24,945 nt of DNA from a virus. Lineage: Duplodnaviria; Caudoviricetes. The stretch covers positions 1-24,945 of the IMG/VR virus record IMGVR_UViG_3300036798_000101; one strand, written 5' to 3'. The first letter of the stretch is position 1; each line of letters opens with the position of its first letter. Position numbers and translations under genes: made by a program. Below the pieces are notes generated by a model. It had not been told where the DNA came from. It did no database searches and was given only the letters and a program-made list of their open reading frames with translations. Positions 17,110 to 23,481 of the stretch are shown one piece after another.

Positions 17110-17445
17110 ATGAGCCAATCGAAGCTGGCGGTGCTTCGCCCGCCGCTGATTCCCCCGTCCCACCCGGACGCCCCGAAATACTGGATGCACGAAACGAGCG
17201 GCCAGCTCGCCGCCGCGATCCAGCGTTATCTGCGCTCGCGCCGTCTGATGAAGGTGCGCGACGTCGCGATGATGCGCGCGTACTTCCGGCAGTGGATCAA
17301 CTCGCCTGTGTGGGACCAGAACCCGCACGAGTCGTCGCGCGCGAATCTCGGCGAGCTGCGGAGGACCGTCGAGGAGATCGTGTCGGTCGAAGGGATCGAC
17401 ATGTGGCTGCGGCTTGCGGAGCACGCGGGGCTCGATCCGCTGTGA
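17110..17445 (+). CDS. Hypothetical protein (111 aa), opposite strand
   Basis: Protein-like composition (YWMHETSG...MRAYFRQW...W...GLDPL). Occupies the gap with no credible minus-strand gene. Confidence 0.75.
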   Translation: MSQSKLAVLRPPLIPPSHPDAPKYWMHETSGQLAAAIQRYLRSRRLMKVRDVAMMRAYFRQWINSPVWDQNPHESSRANLGELRRTVEEIVSVEGIDMWLRLAEHAGLDPL

Positions 17446-17750
17446 GGCGCAGGAAGGCCGACGCGATCGGGCGGCTCTACGTCGAAGGCAAGCTGCGCGA
17501 ACGCTGGAAGATCTTCGGAGATGCCGACGTACACGCGATCCTGATGGGCTTCGTCGAGCGTTACGATCTGCTGAACCACAAGCATATGGTCGAGATCGAA
17601 TTCCCCGCTCTTCCTGTCGGGCAGCGTTATACACGCTTCGGAACCGATCCTTCGATGATGGTTAATCCGCGGGTCATCCGACCGTCAAGACGGGGCCGAA
17701 AGCCGTGTTTTTCACCGCCCCGACCCCCTAGCGACGCCGCCGCGAACTGA
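17442..17750 (+). CDS. Hypothetical protein (~102 aa), opposite strand
   Basis: GTG at 17442 overlaps the TGA of the previous gene (GTGA). This is the 3' part of track ORF 17040..17750: MRRRKADAIGRLYVEGKLRERWKIF... Confidence 0.65.
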   Translation: MRRRKADAIGRLYVEGKLRERWKIFGDADVHAILMGFVERYDLLNHKHMVEIEFPALPVGQRYTRFGTDPSMMVNPRVIRPSRRGRKPCFSPPRPPSDAAAN

Positions 17751-17922
17751 CGACGACGGCGGGCTTCTTCGCGACGTCCGCGGCGTGCTTCTTCGCCATC
17801 GCGCGGCCCTTCGCCGTTTCCTTGTTGCCGTGCATCGCGCCGATCGCGTTCATTGTTCCGTAAACAGCGCCCGGGTTGTTCGGGTACTCCTTCTTGAGCT
17901 TGTCTTCCAGGAACTTCGGCAT
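17728..17922 (-). CDS. Small basic hypothetical protein (64 aa)
   Basis: MPKFLEDKLKKEYPNNPGAVYGTMNAIGAMHGNKETAKG; GCCGATAA 7 nt upstream. Confidence 0.75.
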   Translation of the reverse strand: MPKFLEDKLKKEYPNNPGAVYGTMNAIGAMHGNKETAKGRAMAKKHAADVAKKPAVVVSSRRRR

Positions 17923-17929
17923 GGGTCCA

Positions 17930-17937
17930 TTATCGGC
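17930..17937 (-). promoter_or_regulatory. GCCGATAA, perfect sigma28 -10 consensus, 7 nt before ATG 17922
   Basis: GCCGATAA-TGGACCC-ATG; same register as the GTCGAAT-N8 copies. Confidence 0.6.
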
Positions 17938-18007
17938 ACCGCATCGACGCGAGCGCGAGCACGCACGCCAGCCAGAAGAGCGCCAGCGCGACGGCGGTGC
18001 GCGTCAC
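17930..18007 (-). CDS. Putative 25-aa single-TM peptide
   Basis: GTGA overlap with the methyltransferase stop. MTRTAVALALFWLACVLALASMRCR fills the gap. Confidence 0.5.
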   Translation of the reverse strand: MTRTAVALALFWLACVLALASMRCR

Positions 18008-18741
18008 GCGCCGACCGCCAGAACGCCCTGGCTGAGTCGTTTCGCCGCGATCTCGCAGTAGCGTTCGTCGATCTCGATTCCGATCGCCGAGAGGCCGAGC
18101 GCCTGCGCGGCGACGAGCGTAGAGCCAGAGCCCGCGAACGGATCGCAGACGACGCCCGCGGGCGGGACGGAGTAGCGCAGGAGCGGATTGAGAATCGCGA
18201 GCGGTTTCTGCGTCGGGTGTTCGGCGTAGCCGTGACAGTTCGCCGCGAAAATCACGCTTTTCATAAGACGCGCGCCGTACGAGTACTCCGCGCCTCCGAT
18301 GTCGCCCGTATGCTCCGGTCGGGCTGCGCGCCGGATGATTCCGACGCGATCGCCCGCCATCGTGATTGGCGCCTTAAATACAGCCGCCCACTCGCCGCGG
18401 TAGAAGTGCGCCGCGATTTCATGCACGCGCCGGAAACGATCAGACTGGAATCCGCTGCCGTTCTGCTTTTCCCAGACGATTTCCTGCGCGTGCTTCCAGC
18501 CGCGATCCTCGCCCGAACGCGCCAGCTCGCGAAACATGCGGAGCGAGCCGAAACACCAGAGCGAATTCGTTACCGCCGCCGCGGCGTCCATCCAGCCGTT
18601 CACGCGGGCGTCCCAGCCGAGCGACGTTTCGCCGTACGGCGGATCCGTTATGACCGCCGCCGCGCGCCCGAGCGTCGGAAGGATCTCGCGGCAGTCGCCG
18701 CAGTACAGCGTGACGCCGTCGCCTTCGTAATACGGCTTCAT
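18004..18741 (-). CDS. DNA methyltransferase, N4-C/N6-A, beta class
   Basis: TLYCGDCREIL, ITDPPYG (motif IV) before HPTQKP and DPFAGSGSTL (motif I), GIEIDERYCEIA. Confidence 0.93.
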   Translation of the reverse strand: MKPYYEGDGVTLYCGDCREILPTLGRAAAVITDPPYGETSLGWDARVNGWMDAAAAVTNSLWCFGSLRMFRELARSGEDRGWKHAQEIVWEKQNGSGFQSDRFRRVHEIAAHFYRGEWAAVFKAPITMAGDRVGIIRRAARPEHTGDIGGAEYSYGARLMKSVIFAANCHGYAEHPTQKPLAILNPLLRYSVPPAGVVCDPFAGSGSTLVAAQALGLSAIGIEIDERYCEIAAKRLSQGVLAVGA

Positions 18742-18941
18742 TGCGTCAGCCTCGCGATCTTCGCCGCCTGCTTGCGGGCTTCGGACTCAAGCCACTCCTT
18801 CGCTTTCGCGACGACGCCCGGGAGCGGTTCGGGCGTACGCAGCTCTTTCCGCAGTTCGTAGGGCAGTTTCCCGAAGCACGACCAGCAGAAGATGTGCCAG
18901 TCCTGCACCGTCACCGCGCCGCACGGGCAGTGTCCGGGCAT
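18738..18941 (-). CDS. Small Cys-rich hypothetical protein
   Basis: HCPCG...FCWSCFGKLP; overlaps both neighbours (TGATG, ATGA). Confidence 0.7.
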   Translation of the reverse strand: MPGHCPCGAVTVQDWHIFCWSCFGKLPYELRKELRTPEPLPGVVAKAKEWLESEARKQAAKIARLTQ

Positions 18942-19339
18942 CAGCGGATCAGCGGGACGGGCTCATACGTCCGCGGTCCCGTCTGCTCCGAGAACGTCAG
19001 CTTCTCGATATCGGGCTTGAGGAGATACGTCTCGAGCGCCTTCAGCGTGACCGACGCGGCCTCGAGGAACTTCTGCGCTCCGAGTGCCTTTCGGACCTTC
19101 TCTTTGTCGGCGCGGCGCTCCCAGCCGCGCGCCGAGATCATGACGCGGAAGCGATCGCCTTCGACGCGGAATTCGGCGTCGGGGTCGTAGTCGGCGACGA
19201 GCTTCGCTAACTGGTCGCGGCATTTGTTGTAGCGGGTCTGCGTGGGGCTGAACTGGTCCTTGAGGATCGACAGGTCGCCGTATTCGTCGCACAGTGACGC
19301 CGGTACTACCAGCGTCGGCTTGGGCAAAGTATGCGCCAT
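18941..19339 (-). CDS. Hypothetical phage protein (132 aa)
   Basis: Protein-like composition, coupled to the downstream gene, GTCGAAT 8 nt upstream. Confidence 0.75.
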   Translation of the reverse strand: MAHTLPKPTLVVPASLCDEYGDLSILKDQFSPTQTRYNKCRDQLAKLVADYDPDAEFRVEGDRFRVMISARGWERRADKEKVRKALGAQKFLEAASVTLKALETYLLKPDIEKLTFSEQTGPRTYEPVPLIR

Positions 19340-19347
19340 AGCGGTAC

Positions 19348-19354
19348 ATTCGAC
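19348..19354 (-). promoter_or_regulatory. GTCGAAT motif, 8 nt before ATG 19339
   Basis: GTCGAAT-GTACCGCT-ATG; intergenic. Confidence 0.7.
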
Positions 19355-19416
19355 AGTGGCCCCCTAGCCGGGACTGATTACCCCGGCGAACGGTTTACCC
19401 GCCACCGGGGGCCGCT

Positions 19417-19890
19417 TCACCGCCAGCCGAGCTTCGCCATCAGCCGCGCCGTCCGCTTCGCCGGCATCGCGGCGATCTTCGCCGAGATCTCCTCGCGCGT
19501 CCAGTTGAACGTGATCTCTTCCGAGAGCGGCTTCTGCGCCCTGCGCCCGGGCCCGGTGTAGCGGCGAAGGCCCCGGCGCTCGCAGCCTTCGTGCCCGTGC
19601 CACCACTGGTCGCGCGTAATCATCGCGTCACAGTAACGGCACTTCACGAGGCGCGGACGCTGCGCGGGCGCTGCGCTCGTCTGCGTACGCGGCGTCCGCG
19701 GCGGTTTCGGCGGCGTCGTTCCGCGCGGCGTGTAAAAGCGGTTGCGATGCGTGCATCCGTCGTGCGCGCCGCGGTCGTACTCGGTGCGCGTGATGATTGC
19801 GCCGCAGTACCCGCACGGCACGAGCAGGATCGGACGTCCGCGTTTCCTTCGGCCGAGCGAGGCGAGGATCGCAGAAGCGAGCGCCGTCAT
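19417..19890 (-). CDS. Basic protein with two tandem CxxC-x11-HxxC Zn-finger-like repeats
   Basis: LVPCGYCGAIITRTEYDRGAHDGC and LVKCRYCDAMITRDQWWHGHEGC; GTCGAAT 8 nt upstream. Confidence 0.7.
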   Translation of the reverse strand: MTALASAILASLGRRKRGRPILLVPCGYCGAIITRTEYDRGAHDGCTHRNRFYTPRGTTPPKPPRTPRTQTSAAPAQRPRLVKCRYCDAMITRDQWWHGHEGCERRGLRRYTGPGRRAQKPLSEEITFNWTREEISAKIAAMPAKRTARLMAKLGWR

Positions 19891-19898
19891 GCGGCGTT

Positions 19899-19905
19899 AT
19901 TCGAC
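19899..19905 (-). promoter_or_regulatory. GTCGAAT motif, 8 nt before ATG 19890
   Basis: GTCGAAT-AACGCCGC-ATG; intergenic, after terL. Confidence 0.7.
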
Positions 19906-19907
19906 AG

Positions 19908-19925
19908 TTTTTAAGTTCTTAAAAA
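19908..19925. repeat. AT-rich perfect inverted repeat TTTTTAAG-TT-CTTAAAAA
   Basis: Read directly from the sequence; adjacent to the 19899 motif. Confidence 0.8.
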
Positions 19926-19935
19926 TTGATTTCTC

Positions 19936-21690
19936 TCAGCGGATTCGCACGCGATCGCCGCGGCGGTCGGCATCCGGTCGCTGGCCGCGCCCGCCGTACG
20001 TGCCCATGACGGGCTTCGTGTCGATCGTACGCGAGACGGGCCGCGGCATCCTGATGCAGACGACGACGGCGAGCGCCAGCGCGATAACGCAGTCGTCGTG
20101 CGTGCCCTGCTGCGCTTCGGCCTTGCCCTTCGGATTGATGACGAACGTAAGCAGCTCCGTCTGCGTGATGGGGTCGCGGATGATGAGCGCGCCCTGCCGT
20201 ATCGCCTCGTCGAGGTAGCCGATGAGCAGCGGACGCGAGACGCCGCTCGTGTCCCAGCCAATGCGATCGCCGCGCACGATCGGATCCTGATCGGGCGTCA
20301 CGGGCCGGTGATAGATGAGGCCCGCGGGATAGTCGGCGTTGAGCATCGCCTCGAGCATCGAGACGCCCCCGCCGCCCGGGTTTCGCTCGCCGCAGAACTG
20401 CGCCACGTTGTACCAGCGTCCGAGCGTGGCGTTATAGCGTCCCGTCTCTCCCGGCATCATTCGCGCCCTGAGGACGGCGCACTGCTCGCCGGTATCGCGG
20501 TCGATCACCTGAGAGACGCTGTAATCGGGGTCGGACTGGCCAGCGCCTTCCGCGGTCGCATCGATTCCCTGAGCGCAGTCCGCTCCGATCGCATAAAGCC
20601 TGCCCTTCTCCGGTCGCTTCCACACGCGCAGCGCGCCGCGTTCGCCCGCCTGAAAGACGATGCGCGTCTCCGTTCCTACAACGTCGGCGTGCAGCTCGCC
20701 CGCGATGGGCTCGCGCTGGATGGGGAACGCCTGGATGTGCGGGATCGAGAAGCGATTGCGTGACGAGGCCGCAAACGCTTCCTCAGGCGTTGCGGGATGC
20801 TCGCGCCTGAAGAGGATCATGTCGCCGAGGCAATCGTTGGCTATCGTGTACCGGCGCCAGTTGAGCTGCTCGAGCGACAAATTGAAGCGCCGCATCAGCT
20901 CCAGCTCTTCGCGCGAGAGCGACGACTGGAAGCGGTCGGCGGGGATCGCGAGCGGCATGGCGTTCCCCGCGTGCTCCCACCAGCCCATGAACAGCCCGAT
21001 CCACTCGGAGTCGCTCGCAGGGTCCATCGCCTGCTGCCACATGACGTGGAACGTGTCGCCGATCGTCTTCGCCGTGCCCTCGATCACGGCGCACGTATCG
21101 GGCGTCTTCGGCACTGCGCTCATGACCGCGGCGAGCGTGGTGCTGGGCGTCGGATAGTACGGGAACTCCGAGAAGTGGACGTTCGTTAAGCGGAACGAGC
21201 GCCCGAACGCTTTCGAGCCCGCGGTGGCCACCTGAATGAACGACGACTCAGGATCGCCGCCGTACTCGTATTCGATGCGTTCGGCCTTCTCGCGACAGGG
21301 CGGCACCTTCACGAGGCCGGCGAACGGACGATACATCGAATTGAACCGCTTGTAGATCGCGAAGATGTTCTGCGTGCTTACGTCGTTATGGGCCAAAACG
21401 GCGGTATGGACCCCGGCTTCAAATGCGGTGTCGTGGAAGAAACGCGCCGCCGTGCCCGTCGTCGCGTGGATGCGGCGCGACTTGAGATAGATGATGCGGA
21501 CGGGCCGGTCGCGCGATCGCTGGCGCTGGATCGCCTCCTCGAGTCGGAGCTGCCCGGGCGACAGCTCGAGCGGCACGAGCTTCGCGCCTTCCGTCTCGAC
21601 AATAAGACTTGACCGGCAGAACGAGCGATGGTCGCGGAATTCGCGATAGACGAGCTTTACGTCTTCGGGCTTCAGTTCGGTGACGTTCAC
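19936..21690 (-). CDS. terL: Terminase large subunit
   Basis: Likely start GTG 21690 (GTGA overlap with the sigma-factor stop), not 22101. Q motif LSPGQ, Walker A region IIYLKSRRIHATT, Walker B VHFSE, coupling motif IEGTA, nuclease residues IGADCAQG, DYS and HDDCVIALALA. Confidence 0.92.
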   Translation of the reverse strand: MNVTELKPEDVKLVYREFRDHRSFCRSSLIVETEGAKLVPLELSPGQLRLEEAIQRQRSRDRPVRIIYLKSRRIHATTGTAARFFHDTAFEAGVHTAVLAHNDVSTQNIFAIYKRFNSMYRPFAGLVKVPPCREKAERIEYEYGGDPESSFIQVATAGSKAFGRSFRLTNVHFSEFPYYPTPSTTLAAVMSAVPKTPDTCAVIEGTAKTIGDTFHVMWQQAMDPASDSEWIGLFMGWWEHAGNAMPLAIPADRFQSSLSREELELMRRFNLSLEQLNWRRYTIANDCLGDMILFRREHPATPEEAFAASSRNRFSIPHIQAFPIQREPIAGELHADVVGTETRIVFQAGERGALRVWKRPEKGRLYAIGADCAQGIDATAEGAGQSDPDYSVSQVIDRDTGEQCAVLRARMMPGETGRYNATLGRWYNVAQFCGERNPGGGGVSMLEAMLNADYPAGLIYHRPVTPDQDPIVRGDRIGWDTSGVSRPLLIGYLDEAIRQGALIIRDPITQTELLTFVINPKGKAEAQQGTHDDCVIALALAVVVCIRMPRPVSRTIDTKPVMGTYGGRGQRPDADRRGDRVRIR

Positions 21691-22340
21691 CTGACGCCCC
21701 GCCAGATCATTTCTCGCGCGCTCGCCAGCTTCTCGCGCACCCACGTCGGCGATCGTCCGCACGCCGCCGCCGTCTCGCGCAGCGCCGCGCCTTTGAGGTA
21801 CGCGAGCATTACGCATCGTTCGGCGTGCGGGAGCGTCTCGATGACGCGATGCAGACGCCGGCGCACGAGAGCGTGCCCTGCGACGTCGTCGACGCGCTGG
21901 CCGCGGTCGGCCTCGAGCGACGGCGGGAGCCAGCCGCCGCGGGACTCGCGCATCGCGTCGAGCGATACGGCGCCCTCCTCGCGGTATGCACGGCGCTTCT
22001 GCGAATCGATAATCGAGCCCCGGATGCGGAAGTAAGCATACGCCGCGAACGCGCCGAGCTGCGGATCGTACGCATTCGCCGCCTGCACGAGGCCCACGCA
22101 TCCGGCCTGCTGCAGATCGCGCACATCGATGTGAGCTGCGAACATGCGCCGGACGTCGCGCGCGACTCTTGCGACGGTCGGAAGCGTCTCCTCGATCGAC
22201 GACTCGCGGCGCCAGCGCCTCCAGGCCCCGAGTTTCCCTTTATTCTTTAGGGTCTGGCTTGTAAGTGTCTGATTCCGCACGCGGTCGTCCCGCAGGTATT
22301 GGTCCCACAGTTTGTCCTCGAGCTTCCTACGTTTTGGCAT
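21687..22340 (-). CDS. Sigma-70 family RNA polymerase sigma factor, FliA/WhiG-like region 2
   Basis: Region 2 DLQQAGCVGLVQAANAYDPQLGAFAAYAYFRIRGSIID. Region 4 HTH LPHAERCVM...LRETAAACGRSPTWV. GGAGGAAGG SD. Confidence 0.88.
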   Translation of the reverse strand: MPKRRKLEDKLWDQYLRDDRVRNQTLTSQTLKNKGKLGAWRRWRRESSIEETLPTVARVARDVRRMFAAHIDVRDLQQAGCVGLVQAANAYDPQLGAFAAYAYFRIRGSIIDSQKRRAYREEGAVSLDAMRESRGGWLPPSLEADRGQRVDDVAGHALVRRRLHRVIETLPHAERCVMLAYLKGAALRETAAACGRSPTWVREKLASAREMIWRGVR

Positions 22341-22683
22341 CCTTCCTCCCGTCTGTTACGCGGCGGTGAATTTCGACGAACTCCTCCCACAGAACTGCGC
22401 CTGCGTCCGCGTTGTACGTGACGTCGCTGCGGTCGGCGCGAACGCCGGCGCGGTCGAGGAGGTCGCGGCCCGCGGCGATCGCGTCCGAGGGCTTTGTCTT
22501 CTTGCTGAGAACGATCGTGACGAGGCGCTTGGTGATGGCGTCGGCGGCGATCGCGAGCCTGAGCTTCGCCTTCGCCACGACCTGAGGACAGCCGCCGCCG
22601 TGCGCTCTGCAGACCCGGCCGCCTGCGATCGCGTTCGCCTTGCAGCGCGAGCCGTCAGTTTTGTGCGCCGTGCAGATCGCCAT
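22327..22683 (-). CDS. Putative terminase small subunit (HGGxSTG-like Zn motif)
   Basis: Likely start ATG 22683: MAICTAHKTDGSRCKANAIAGGRVCRAHGG, then AIAAGRDLLDRAG. Upstream of TerL. Confidence 0.65.
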   Translation of the reverse strand: MAICTAHKTDGSRCKANAIAGGRVCRAHGGGCPQVVAKAKLRLAIAADAITKRLVTIVLSKKTKPSDAIAAGRDLLDRAGVRADRSDVTYNADAGAVLWEEFVEIHRRVTDGRKDAKT

Positions 22684-22691
22684 ATCGAAAC

Positions 22692-22730
22692 GTCTGATAG
22701 ATCCGAGGGTCTGATAGATCCAGATCTGGA
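22692..22730. repeat. 13-bp direct repeat plus 12-bp palindrome upstream of putative terS
   Basis: GTCTGATAGATCC at 22692-22704 and 22709-22721; TCCAGATCTGGA at 22719-22730. Confidence 0.85.
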
Positions 22731-22952
22731 GTGAGACGCGGCGCTTTGAAATCAAGTGTAAAGCGAAGCCGCGAAAAGGCCTAACAGTAACCGCGCTGCG
22801 CGGGCGCTGCGCAAGGCGAATAAAAGGCGAACATAAACGCCGGCCACAGACGGGCGCTCCGAAAAAAAGAGCCATCCCGCGCGACTTCCATCAACGCTGA
22901 ACGGCCCTCTTTGCCTTGCCCCGCGGCTTTTACCCGCGAACGCCCTTACAGC

Positions 22953-23390
22953 CTAACCCACCGTTTCGCGCGCGATGCGGAAGCGCCACGCGGCGCGCTT
23001 CTCAGAACCCGCGTTGACGGCCCACGAGACGCCCGCTTTCGCCTGCGCGATGAGCCACGCTTTCGGCATGCCCGAGCGTTTCGCCGCTTCGTCGAGCGTT
23101 ACGTACGCGCCGAGCACGGCGACGGGATCGGCTGAGAGCCGCGCGAGATGCGCCGCCAGATCCGGCTGGACGAGCGCAGGCCTCGCCACAGGCGCCAGCT
23201 CCGCGGATTCTTTGAACGCGACGACGTCGGCGCGCTCGAATATCGCCCGCACGCCGTTCGGAGCGTCGACGTACTGCTGGCCGAGACGCCCCGCCTTTAC
23301 ATAGCCTTCTACAGTTCGTTTGCTTTTGCCGAGGAAGTCGCAGACTTCCTGCTTGGACATTTTTGCGGACACGCCGCCACGTGTTTTCAT
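22953..23390 (-). CDS. Helix-turn-helix DNA-binding protein (excisionase/MerR-like, probably two HTH units)
   Basis: MSKQEVCDFLGKSKRTVEGYVKAGRL and YVTLDEAAKRSGMPKAWL. Start at 23390 or 23360. Confidence 0.8.
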   Translation of the reverse strand: MKTRGGVSAKMSKQEVCDFLGKSKRTVEGYVKAGRLGQQYVDAPNGVRAIFERADVVAFKESAELAPVARPALVQPDLAAHLARLSADPVAVLGAYVTLDEAAKRSGMPKAWLIAQAKAGVSWAVNAGSEKRAAWRFRIARETVG

Positions 23391-23405
23391 GCGTCAAGTG
23401 TCACA

Positions 23406-23448
23406 CGCGCAGTCAGCGCGCAGCGCGTTGCGCGTTGAAAACTGCGCG
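23406..23448. repeat. Long imperfect inverted repeat upstream of the HTH gene
   Basis: CGCGCAGT (23406-13) pairs with ACTGCGCG (23441-48). Inner CAGCGCGCAGC pairs with GTTGCGCGTTG with two G-T pairs. Confidence 0.7.
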
Positions 23449-23481
23449 GGTTCAGCAACTCAATAAAAGCAGGCTTTTCGA

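Noticed and set aside
19364-19420. 18-codon GTGA-coupled mini ORF (MKRPPVAGKPFAGVISPG)
   Set aside because: Too short and featureless to support.
21691-22101. 137-aa N-terminal extension of TerL in the ORF track
   Set aside because: It overlaps the sigma factor gene in another frame; GTG 21690 with GTGA coupling is the more plausible start.
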